Assembly: GCA_963713815.1 (NCBI GenBank)
Contig: CAVQNH010000007.1
Location: 90-64,089, forward strand
Reading direction: 5' to 3'
Source of the DNA: an uncultured Actinomycetes bacterium
GTDB lineage: Bacteria > Actinomycetota > Actinomycetes > Streptosporangiales > Streptosporangiaceae
Length of the DNA stretch: 64,000 bases
The notes beneath the pieces are model-generated. The model made no database searches, had not been told where the DNA came from, and saw only the letters and a list, made by a program, of their open reading frames with translations. Position 1 is the first letter of the stretch. The number at the start of each line of letters is the position of its first letter. The translations under genes were made by a program, and so were the position numbers. Shown piece after piece: positions 28,118-36,228 of this stretch.

Positions 28118-28891
28118 TCATTCATCCCGGGCCAGCTCGGCGGCCCGGTCCAGGTCGCCGAGGTAGCAGGCCTTGAGCAGGTCCCGGCGGCTGCGCAGCC
28201 GGGCCGCGGGGCTCTCGAGGATCAGCCGGCCGTGCGCCATCACGTAGCCGCGGTCGGCGATCTCCAGGGCCAGCGCGACGTGCTGCTCCACCAGCAGCAC
28301 CGCGGTGTGCAGCTCGTCGGCCACCCGGCGGAGCACCGGCAGGAGCCGCTCGACCACGACCGGCGCCAGGCCGAGGCTCATCTCGTCGATGAGCAGCACC
28401 CGGGGCCGCCGGGTGATGGCCCGGCCGACCGCGAGCATCTGCTGCTCACCGCCGGACAGCAGGCCCGCCTTGCGGTCGAGGCACTTGCGCAGCTCCGGGA
28501 GCAGGTCCAGGACCTCGTCGTGACTGCGGCCCCGGCCCGCGCTGAGCCGGAGGTTCTCCCTGGTGGTCAGGCTGGCGAACAGGGCACGGCCCTCGGGGAC
28601 CAGGGACAGGCCGCCGCGGGCCAGCCGGTGGGCGGACTTTCCCCCGATGTCCTGGCCGTCCATGCGGATCCGGCCCGCCAGCGGCCGCTGCAGCCCGGCG
28701 ATGGTGGCCAGCGTGGTGGTCTTGCCCGCGCCGTTAGCCCCCAGCAGGGCCACCACCTCGCCCTCGCCGACGTGCAGGGTGAGGTCCCGGACCACGGGGG
28801 TGCCGTGGTAGCCGGCGTCGAGGCCGTCCACCTCGACGACGGCGGCCCGCGGCCCGGACGGCCCGGGGATGCGCTGGTCAGATTCGCTCAT
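28118..28891 (-). CDS. ABC transporter ATP-binding protein (LivF-like)
   Basis: Walker A GANGAGKTT, signature LSGGEQQML, Walker B LLIDEMS. Confidence 0.9.
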   Translation of the reverse strand: MSESDQRIPGPSGPRAAVVEVDGLDAGYHGTPVVRDLTLHVGEGEVVALLGANGAGKTTTLATIAGLQRPLAGRIRMDGQDIGGKSAHRLARGGLSLVPEGRALFASLTTRENLRLSAGRGRSHDEVLDLLPELRKCLDRKAGLLSGGEQQMLAVGRAITRRPRVLLIDEMSLGLAPVVVERLLPVLRRVADELHTAVLLVEQHVALALEIADRGYVMAHGRLILESPAARLRSRRDLLKACYLGDLDRAAELARDE

Positions 28892-29645
28892 GATCGCCGC
28901 CGTGCGTGCCCAGATACGCCTCGATCACGGGCGGGCTGTCGCGGATCTCCGCCGGGGTGCCCGAGGCGATGACACGGCCGAAATCGATGACCACGATGCG
29001 ATCGCAGAGGCTCAGCACCAGGCCCATGTCGTGATCGACAAGGAGCACGCTCACTCCCCGGCCGGGCAGGGCGGCGACCCGCTCGCCGAACGCCAGGCTC
29101 TCGTCGTTGTCCAGGCCCGCGGCAGGCTCGTCCATCAGCACCAGGCGGGGGCGCATGGACAGGGCCCGGGCCACGCCGACCAGCTTGCGGCGGCCGTGGG
29201 ACAGCTGGCCCGGCATCCGGCCGGCCACGTCCTCCAGGCCGCACGCGTCCATGGCCCAGGCCACGTTCTCGTTGCGGCGGGTGCGCGGCGGCGCCACCAG
29301 GTCGCGCAGCACGGACCACGCGGACGGCTGCTCGGCCGCGACCAGGAGGTTCTCCTCGACCGTGAGGTCGTCGAACAGCTCGACCGACTGGAACGTGCGG
29401 ATCAGCCCGCGCCGCGCGATCGCGTAGGGGCGCGCACCGCGCAGCGGCGCGCCGGCGAACGTGACCCGGCCGCCGGCCGCCGGGTGGTAGCCGGTCAGCG
29501 CGTCGATCAGGGACGACTTGCCGGCCCCGTTGGGGCCGATCAGGCCGACGATCTCTCCCTCGTCCACGGTGAGACTGACCCCGTCGACGGCTGTGACGCC
29601 GCCGTAGGTCACGCGCAGATCCTCGACCACGAGCAGGTTGTTCAT
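28878..29645 (-). CDS. ABC transporter ATP-binding protein (LivG-like)
   Basis: Walker A GPNGAGKSS, signature LSHGRRKLV, Walker B LVLMDEPAAG. Start at ATG 29645 (MNNLLVVEDL) with GGAG upstream. Confidence 0.9.
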   Translation of the reverse strand: MNNLLVVEDLRVTYGGVTAVDGVSLTVDEGEIVGLIGPNGAGKSSLIDALTGYHPAAGGRVTFAGAPLRGARPYAIARRGLIRTFQSVELFDDLTVEENLLVAAEQPSAWSVLRDLVAPPRTRRNENVAWAMDACGLEDVAGRMPGQLSHGRRKLVGVARALSMRPRLVLMDEPAAGLDNDESLAFGERVAALPGRGVSVLLVDHDMGLVLSLCDRIVVIDFGRVIASGTPAEIRDSPPVIEAYLGTHGGDHERI

Positions 29646-29805
29646 CCGGGCGCTCCGGCGGGTTACTCTCACTGTATGAAATCGACTTTAGTATCGATGT
29701 TGACGGTAACCCTCCCGTAACCGTCCTGTCCAGGATCGAAATACAACCGATATGCCTCCGGGCATGGGAAAGCCCCGCCGCCCGGGTGGGCGACGGGGCG
29801 GGGCG

Positions 29806-29996
29806 GCGGGACCCAGGAGGCGGGGCCCGGGCGATGGGACCCGCGGGACGGGCCCGGGGACGAGGCTCAGGCGACGGGACCCAGGGGAGGGGGCTCGGGA
29901 GACGGGACCCGGAGGACGGGCTCAGGCGACAGGACCCAGGGAACGGGGCTCAGGCGGACGCGACCCACGGGACGGGCTCAGGCGACGGGGCTCAGG
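29806..29996. repeat. Degenerate tandem array of about 14 units of about 14 bp (gggacccaggggag / gggctcaggcgac types)
   Basis: It runs from the GH65 stop codon (29992-29994, inside the last unit) towards the ABC-operon promoter region. Confidence 0.8.
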
Positions 29997-32481
29997 AGTC
30001 CATCCCAGTCGGGTCGGCTTGCCTGGCCCGGCTGGTGCGGCGGCGCGCTGCCTCAGCTTTACTGCGGCGCACCGGCTCGGCGTTGCGGCGGCGGGCTGGC
30101 TGGGCCTTCCCGCGGCGCGCCGGCTCGGCGTCGCTGCGGCTCAGCGGCTCCCGGCCCGGGGGCTGGGAGGGGCGGGGCCGGGCGGGCGGCGGCGGGATGT
30201 CCCTGGTCTCCGGCTTGCCCGGGCCCACGGAGACCGGCGCCCCGTAGTGCGTGATCTCCAGCGGCGGCCCGTCGCCGTCCAGGATGTAGGTGGCCTGCGC
30301 GGGCATCACCTCGACCCGCAGGTGCTGCCCGCGCAGGGTGAGCGTAAAGGTGAGCCGGGTCAGCGCCGCGGGCAGTTTCGGTGCGAAGCCGTGCGGCTCC
30401 CCGGGGCAGTACCGCATGCCACCGAAGCCCTGCACCAGCACGATCCACGACCCGGCCAGCGCCGCGAGGTGCAGGCCGTCCCGGGTGTTGTGCTCCAGGT
30501 CGGCCAGGTCCATCAGGGCTGTCTCGGCCAGGTAGTCGTAGGCCAGGTCCAGGTGACCGGTGTCCGAGGCGACAACCGCCTGGCTGCACGCGGACAGCGA
30601 GGAATCCCGGACGGTGAGCGCCTCGTAGTACTCGAAGTCCCGGGCCTTCTCCTCCTCGGTGAACGCGTCCGGGCACAACTGGAGGCCCAGGACCAGATCG
30701 GCCTGCTTGACCACCTGCTTGCGGTACAGGTCGAAGTACGGGAAATGGGCCAGCAGCGGGTACTCGTCCGGCCTGGTCCCGGCGAAGTCCCACACCTGGT
30801 GCTCGGTGAACCCCTCCGACTGGCAGTGCACGCCGCGCGCGGCGTCGTAGGGCAGCCAGATGCCGTCGGCCGCGGCCACCCAGGCGGCCATCTCGTCCGT
30901 GGAGACCTGCAGTTCCCTGGCCCGCTCCGGATAGCGCCGGGCCACCTCGGCCGCCGCGCGCATGTTCCGCGCGGCCATCACGTTCGTGTAGATGTTGTTG
31001 TCCGCGATCGCGCTGTACTCGTCCGGCCCGGTGACCCCGTCGATCCGGAACGCCCCGCTCCCGTCGTGATGCCCGAGCGACGACCACAGCCGGGCGGTGT
31101 GCACGAGCAGATCAAAACCGGTTTTTTCCTCAAATTGTTCGTCGCCGGTCACCTCGGCATACTGGGCCGCCGCGTGCGCGATGTCCGCGTTGACATGGAA
31201 AGCGGCGGTCCCGGCGGGCCAGTAGGCCGAGCACTCGGCGCCGGTGATCGTGCGCCACGGGAAGGTGGCCCCGCGCAGGCCGAGCTGGGCGGCCCGGTCG
31301 AGCGCCGCGGGCAGGGTGCTCTGCCGCCAGCGCAGCTCGTGGGCGGCGGCGTCCGGGACGGTGTAGGTCAGCACCGGCAGCACGAACGTCTCGGCGTCCC
31401 AGAAGGAGTGGCCGTCGTAGCCGTTCCCGGACAGGCCCTTGGCCGCGATGGGCCGGCCCTCGGCCCGGGCGCCGGCCTGCAGCACGTGGAACATGCCGAA
31501 CCGGGTGGCCTGCTGGATCTCCTCGTCACCCTCGAGTTCCACGTCGGCCCGGGCCCAGAAGTCGTCCAGGTAGGCCCGCTGCTCCTCGGCCAGGTGCTCC
31601 CAGCCGCTCTGCACGGCCACCGTGAGCCCGCCCTCCACCTGGTCCTGCAGGGCGGGCCGGGAGCGCGTGCCCGACCAGCCGTAGGCCACGAACTTCACCA
31701 GCCGGAGCGGCTCCCCCTCCTTGAGCCGGGTGCCCACGGTGAGCCGGGCCAGGTCCGGCCGGGCCTCGGTCCAGGTGTGGGTGTCCGAGTCGCAGGCCAC
31801 CGCGTGCTGCATGGCGGCCGACACCGTCAGGTCACTCCGCTTGGTCCGGTGCATCAGCCCGGCCCGGCCGTTCTGGGCGCCGTATTCCACCGACTCCAGC
31901 GGCGCCTCCAGCGCCGCCGCGACCCGGGGGTCGCCGCCGGGGGGCGGCAGCTCCTCGTTGGTGACCAGCTCGGACTGCACCACCACCCGGACCGGGCCGT
32001 CCAGCGACTCGACCTGGTAGCTGATCGCGCAGATCGAGCGCTGGGTGAAGGAGACCAGCCGGACCGAGCTGACCCGCACCCGGCGGCCGGCCGGTGACAC
32101 CCAGTCGGCCCGCCGGGTCAGCGTGCCCGCCCGGAAGTCCAGCACCCGCTCGTGCTTCAGCAGCTCGCCGTAGCGGATGTCGAACGGCTCGTCGTCGACC
32201 AGCAGCCGGATGAGCTTGCCGTTGGTGACGTTGATGACGGTCTCGCCGGACTCCGGGAAGCCGAAGCCGGCCTCGGCGTAGGGCAGCGGGCGCCGCTCGT
32301 ACACGCCGTTCAGGTACGAGCCCGGGAGGCCGTGCGGCTCCCCCTCGTCCAGGTTCCCGCGCCACCCGATGTGCCCGTTGGCCAGCGCGAACAGGGACTC
32401 GGTCTGGGCCAGCATCTCGGGGTGCAGCGTGGTCTCCCGCAGCACCCAGGGCTCGACGGTGAACGCCGGGTGCTGGATCAC
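29992..32481 (-). CDS. Glycoside hydrolase family 65 phosphorylase (kojibiose/trehalose/maltose phosphorylase-like)
   Basis: [43 protein letters not shown] ... [19 protein letters not shown] ... [10 protein letters not shown] ... [11 protein letters not shown] start. A basic C-tail of about 90 aa has an internal repeat ([31 protein letters not shown]). Confidence 0.9.
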   Translation of the reverse strand: MIQHPAFTVEPWVLRETTLHPEMLAQTESLFALANGHIGWRGNLDEGEPHGLPGSYLNGVYERRPLPYAEAGFGFPESGETVINVTNGKLIRLLVDDEPFDIRYGELLKHERVLDFRAGTLTRRADWVSPAGRRVRVSSVRLVSFTQRSICAISYQVESLDGPVRVVVQSELVTNEELPPPGGDPRVAAALEAPLESVEYGAQNGRAGLMHRTKRSDLTVSAAMQHAVACDSDTHTWTEARPDLARLTVGTRLKEGEPLRLVKFVAYGWSGTRSRPALQDQVEGGLTVAVQSGWEHLAEEQRAYLDDFWARADVELEGDEEIQQATRFGMFHVLQAGARAEGRPIAAKGLSGNGYDGHSFWDAETFVLPVLTYTVPDAAAHELRWRQSTLPAALDRAAQLGLRGATFPWRTITGAECSAYWPAGTAAFHVNADIAHAAAQYAEVTGDEQFEEKTGFDLLVHTARLWSSLGHHDGSGAFRIDGVTGPDEYSAIADNNIYTNVMAARNMRAAAEVARRYPERARELQVSTDEMAAWVAAADGIWLPYDAARGVHCQSEGFTEHQVWDFAGTRPDEYPLLAHFPYFDLYRKQVVKQADLVLGLQLCPDAFTEEEKARDFEYYEALTVRDSSLSACSQAVVASDTGHLDLAYDYLAETALMDLADLEHNTRDGLHLAALAGSWIVLVQGFGGMRYCPGEPHGFAPKLPAALTRLTFTLTLRGQHLRVEVMPAQATYILDGDGPPLEITHYGAPVSVGPGKPETRDIPPPPARPRPSQPPGREPLSRSDAEPARRGKAQPARRRNAEPVRRSKAEAARRRTSRARQADPTGMDS

Positions 32482-32690
32482 CGCTCGTCCAGCAGTTCGG
32501 CCAGCTCCCGGACCACGATGCCGGCCACCGGGTCGAAGGGGACGAACCGTTCCCCCGTCCGCCGGGCCCGCTGGCGGGGGAAATCATCGAACATCTCCGG
32601 CCAGGCGGCCGCGCGCACCCGGGCCGTCTGGGTCAGGACACCATCCAGGTCGAACAGGCAGCCGCGGCCGTTGTCAGAAATACCCAGCAC
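32478..32690 (-). pseudogene. 70-codon relic of a HAD-superfamily beta-phosphoglucomutase-like gene
   Basis: It retains the N-terminal motif I region, [28 protein letters not shown]...[11 protein letters not shown]. It then jumps to a C-terminal-looking [14 protein letters not shown] and a stop overlapping the GH65 start (GTGA). Confidence 0.5.
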
Positions 32691-32739
32691 GGTGCAAGCC
32701 TATGACCACGGGACCAGCCGATCACCGTAGCGTGGTCCC

Positions 32740-33750
32740 ATGACCGCACTGGAGGGCCCGCTCCCGGCCATCCCGGCCTCGGCCGGAGCGCTGATCTTCG
32801 ACCAGACGGGGCGGCTGCTCATCCTCAAGCCGGTCTACAAGTCCGGGTGGACCATCCCGGGCGGCGTCATGGAGGCCGGCGGGGAGACCCCGTGGCAGGC
32901 CTGCCGGCGCGAGGTGCGCGAGGAATGCGGGCTGACCGTGGACCGCGGCCGTCTCGCGTGCGTGGACTTCCGCCCGCCGCGCCGCGGCAAGCCGGGCGGG
33001 ATGCGGTTCCTGTTCGACTGCGGCCCGCTGCCCGAGGAGGACCTGGCGGCGATCGTGCTCCAGCGTGAGGAGATCTCCCGGCACCGGTTCGAGCCCGTCC
33101 CCGCCGCCCTGGACCTGCTGCGCAAGCCCATCCGGCGGCGGGTCAGGGCCGCCGTGGCGGCCGGCGGCTCCTGCTACCTGGAGAACGGTCGCCCCATACC
33201 CGGGGTCGAGTGCTTATTCCGCGGCCCGGGGTCGAGTGCTAGTTCCGCGACCCGGACGCCGCTAGTCCCCCGGCACCGTCGCCACGGGACCGTGCGCGTG
33301 GCCCAGCACGGCGTGGGTGACCGAGCCGACGCCGGGACCGCGGGACCCGCCTGGCGCGTGCCTGCCGAGGACGACCAGGTCGGCGCGGGCGGACGAGCCG
33401 GCGAGCACCCGGCCCGGGTGCGCGTGGACCACTTCCACGCTGGTCTCTACTTCGGGGAACTTCTCCTGCCAGGCGGCGACCGCGCTCTCCAGGCGGCTGG
33501 TCTCCTCGGCGGGCGCTTCGGTATGCCCGGGGACCGGGGAGGACCAGGCGTGCACCGCGAGCAGCCGCGCGTGGCGCAGCGCCGCCTCCTCGAAGCCGAA
33601 GCCCAGGGCCGCCTCGGCCTGGGCCGGGTCCCGGACACCGACCACGATCTCGCGCTCCGCGGACATGGTCTCCTCGCGCGCCACCACGACCGGGGCCGGC
33701 GGCGTGCGTCGCGACGTAGCGGCTCACCGAGCCGAGGATCAGGGCGCTGA
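32740..33750 (+). CDS. NUDIX hydrolase; C-terminus doubtful. The frame stays open for about 178 codons antisense to the USP gene.
   Basis: Nudix box: GGVMEAGGETPWQACRREVREECGL. The domain is complete by about codon 150. See the 26-bp duplication at 33199-33255. Confidence 0.7.
   Translation: MTALEGPLPAIPASAGALIFDQTGRLLILKPVYKSGWTIPGGVMEAGGETPWQACRREVREECGLTVDRGRLACVDFRPPRRGKPGGMRFLFDCGPLPEEDLAAIVLQREEISRHRFEPVPAALDLLRKPIRRRVRAAVAAGGSCYLENGRPIPGVECLFRGPGSSASSATRTPLVPRHRRHGTVRVAQHGVGDRADAGTAGPAWRVPAEDDQVGAGGRAGEHPARVRVDHFHAGLYFGELLLPGGDRALQAAGLLGGRFGMPGDRGGPGVHREQPRVAQRRLLEAEAQGRLGLGRVPDTDHDLALRGHGLLARHHDRGRRRASRRSGSPSRGSGR
33199..33255. repeat. 26-bp tandem duplication (2.2 copies) at the expected 3' end of the NUDIX gene
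   Basis: Copies: cccggggtcgagtgcttattccgcgg / cccggggtcgagtgctagttccgcga / cccgg. Confidence 0.9.
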
Positions 33751-34100
33751 AGCCCCCGGCGCCGCGAGAGCCCAGGACCAGCAGGGCAGCGTCCTCCGCG
33801 GCCTCGGTCAGGACCTCGGCCGGCGCCCCGGCCACCAGGTGGGTCTCGATCGCCAGGCCGGGCTGCTGCGCCGCGGCCTGCTGCGCGGCCGCGGCCAGGG
33901 CCTCGCTCGTGGACTGCTCGACCACGTCGGACACGGTGCCGGGGGTCGCCGGGGTGGACGGTCATCCGCCGCGGCAGCGGGGGGACCGCCACGATGCGCA
34001 GCGAGGTTCCGCGGAGCGCCGCCTCGCGGGCCGCCCATTCCACCGCCCGCAGTGACTCCCGTGAACCATCCGCACCCACAATGACCGGCTTCGTTGCCAT
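33262..34100 (-). pseudogene. Tandem-domain universal stress protein (UspA family), two +1 frame disruptions near 33691-33700 and 33938-33950
   Basis: Three track ORFs together give one USP. Piece 1: MATKPVIVGADGSRESLRAVEWAAREAALRGTSLRIVAV. Piece 2: ...ETHLVAGAPAEVLTEAAEDAALLVLGSRGAGGFSALILGSVSRYVATHAAGP. Piece 3: EIVVGVRDPAQAEAALGFGFEEAALRHARLLAVHAW...ADLVVLGRHAPGGSRGPGVGSVTHAVLGHAHGPVATVP. Length mod 3 = 2. Confidence 0.8.
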
Positions 34101-34179
34101 GACTGTCCTCCCGCGGCTGTCTCTGATCTCTTCTGTACCCACAGATACACGGGAGGCCCCGTTACACGGGAGGCCCCTT

Positions 34180-35388
34180 TTAGCCAGAGATACCCAGGAC
34201 TCCCCGGTGCTGCCAGGCGAGCCGGAGCAGGGCCGCGCCGGCGGTCTGCAGCGGCTCGGCCCCGCCGGTGAAGCGGTCCACGGCGGCCTGGGTGAACGGG
34301 ATCGCGGCCGAGCCGTCCTGGGTGACCACCCGGCCTTCCGCGTTCTCGGTGACCAGGCCGCGGAACATCCGGTCGAACACGCCGGCCTCGAAGACGGCGA
34401 CGGTCAGGATGTCGGTGGCCAGCGTGAGCGGGTCGACCCCGAGCCCGAGGCAGCTGACCCGCAGGGTGCCGGCTTCCCGGGCGGCGGCCAGCTCCCGGTG
34501 GAACGGCCACTGCCCGTAGTCGAGCCGCCCGCCACGGGTGGGGTACTCCTCCGACCCGCCCAGCAGTTCCTCGCTGAACTCCCGGGTCATGCACCGCCAC
34601 AGGCTCAGGTCGTGGCGCCGCGCGGCCGGGGCGGCGGAGACCGGCTGGAAGATGCCCGCGGGCATCACCTGGTACAGGCCGCCCGCGTGGTTGACCCGGG
34701 CCGGGTCCCGCCAGTGCAGCAGGAACGACGCCGCGCCGCCGGGGGCGCGGCGCAGGGTCAGGGTGGTGACGGCGGTCAGGGCGCTGCGGCGCGGCAGCGC
34801 GCACGGATCGCCCACGGAGGCGCGCAGTGGCAGGGCGGCCCAATCCAGGTCAGCCCGGTCAGGTGCAGTGCCCGAGGAAGCCCAGGCCCCGGTCAGCTCG
34901 TGGGCCACGGCGTGGCCGAGGTTCACCGCGTCGAAGTACCGGGCCAGGCCGAAACGCAGCCTCGGCGGGCTGGCCGGGCCGGCGGCGGTCTGGCGCTCTG
35001 GTCTGGGCGCCCCGCCCAGTTCCGCGTCCAGCAGCCGGTAGCAGACCCGGTTCTCGAACAGGGCCGGCCGGTCCAGTGCCTCGATCGCCGCCGCGTACGT
35101 CGGGTACGCCGGCCCGGCCGCGGATCGCGGCAGCACGTGAGCGGCAGCTTCACCGGCCCCGTCCGCGACGGGCGGAGGCGGCACGCTGACCCAGCCGAGC
35201 CGCAGGTCAGCCAGGTCCAGCGGGGTCGCGGGCAGCCATCCTGGCCAGCACAGCAGGTCGGTGCCGGCTACCCGGGGCAGGTCCGGGTACAGTCCGGCGG
35301 CCATCGCGGCGAGCTCCAGCCGGTGCTCGTTGAGCAGCCGCCTGATCCGGCGCCAGTGCTCCGCCCCCGTGATCAGGTCCTCGGTCAT
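34180..35388 (-). CDS. Hypothetical protein with a Nudix-box-like segment in the C-terminal half
   Basis: 402 aa. AGGLYQVMPAGIFQP...LWRCMTREFSEELLGGSEE resembles the RExxEExG helix of the Nudix fold, but with atypical spacing. No family was recognised for the N-terminal 200 aa. Confidence 0.5.
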   Translation of the reverse strand: MTEDLITGAEHWRRIRRLLNEHRLELAAMAAGLYPDLPRVAGTDLLCWPGWLPATPLDLADLRLGWVSVPPPPVADGAGEAAAHVLPRSAAGPAYPTYAAAIEALDRPALFENRVCYRLLDAELGGAPRPERQTAAGPASPPRLRFGLARYFDAVNLGHAVAHELTGAWASSGTAPDRADLDWAALPLRASVGDPCALPRRSALTAVTTLTLRRAPGGAASFLLHWRDPARVNHAGGLYQVMPAGIFQPVSAAPAARRHDLSLWRCMTREFSEELLGGSEEYPTRGGRLDYGQWPFHRELAAAREAGTLRVSCLGLGVDPLTLATDILTVAVFEAGVFDRMFRGLVTENAEGRVVTQDGSAAIPFTQAAVDRFTGGAEPLQTAGAALLRLAWQHRGVLGISG

Positions 35389-35511
35389 GAGCCCCTCTCG
35401 GTCACGCGGTGATTATCACGCACCGGAATACTCGTCCCCGGCCCGGCGCTCAATCGCAGCGGGCCATCATTTCCCGCCACGTCCATCCCACGACGCCCTG
35501 GAGTCCTCACC

Positions 35512-36147
35512 ATGCGCCAGCCGCTGCTGCAGATCATCATCGGCAGTACCCGCCCCGGACGGGTCGGCCCGTCCGTCGCCGAGTGGATAACCGCGGCCGC
35601 GGCCGCGCACGGCCACTTCGCCGTCGAGGTCGTGGACCTGGCCGAGGTCAACCTGCCGATGTTCAACGAGCCCCGGCACCCCCGGCTGCGCCAGTACGAA
35701 TACCAGCACACCAAGGACTGGAGCGCGACCATCAGCCGGGCGGACGCGTTCATCTTCGTGATCCCGGAGTACAACTACGGGTTCAACGCGGCGACCAAGA
35801 ACGCGATCGACTACCTGAACCACGAGTGGCACTACAAGGCGGCCGGGTTCGCCAGCTACGGCGGCGTGGCGGCGGGCACCCGGGCCGTGCAGATGCTCAA
35901 GCAGGTACTGACCACGCTGAAGGTCACGCCGGTCTTCGAGGCGGTGAACATCCCGTTCGTCCAGCAGTTCCTGGACTCCGACCGGACGCTGCAGCCGAAC
36001 GAGGTCATGACCGAGGCGGCGGCCGCCATGCTCGACGAGCTGGCCCGGGTCGAAGCGGCGCTGCGGCCGCTGCGGGAGCCGGAAGCTCCCGAGCCGGCCG
36101 AGCCCGAGACCGAGGACCTCGACCCGGAGGCCGAGCCGGTCCATTAG
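35512..36147 (+). CDS. NADPH-dependent FMN reductase family protein
   Basis: LLQIIIGSTRPGRVGPSVAEWI...ADAFIFVIPEYNYGFNAATKNAIDYL...ASYGGVAAGTRAVQMLKQVL. The C-tail is acidic and Pro/Glu-rich. Confidence 0.9.
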   Translation: MRQPLLQIIIGSTRPGRVGPSVAEWITAAAAAHGHFAVEVVDLAEVNLPMFNEPRHPRLRQYEYQHTKDWSATISRADAFIFVIPEYNYGFNAATKNAIDYLNHEWHYKAAGFASYGGVAAGTRAVQMLKQVLTTLKVTPVFEAVNIPFVQQFLDSDRTLQPNEVMTEAAAAMLDELARVEAALRPLREPEAPEPAEPETEDLDPEAEPVH

Positions 36148-36228
36148 GACCGTGCATAGGGCCCGTGCGTTGGGGCCTGTGCATAGGGCCCGTGCGTTAA
36201 GGCCCGTGCGTTAAGGCCCGTGCGTTAA
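36147..36228. repeat. Tandem array of 6 units of 13-14 bp (ggcccgtgcgttaa-like), exactly filling the spacer between two convergent stop codons
   Basis: Units: ggaccgtgcatag / ggcccgtgcgttgg / ggcctgtgcatag / ggcccgtgcgttaa x3. The first unit starts in the TAG of the FMN reductase gene. The last unit contains the TAA (minus strand) of the oxoprolinase gene. Confidence 0.9.
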
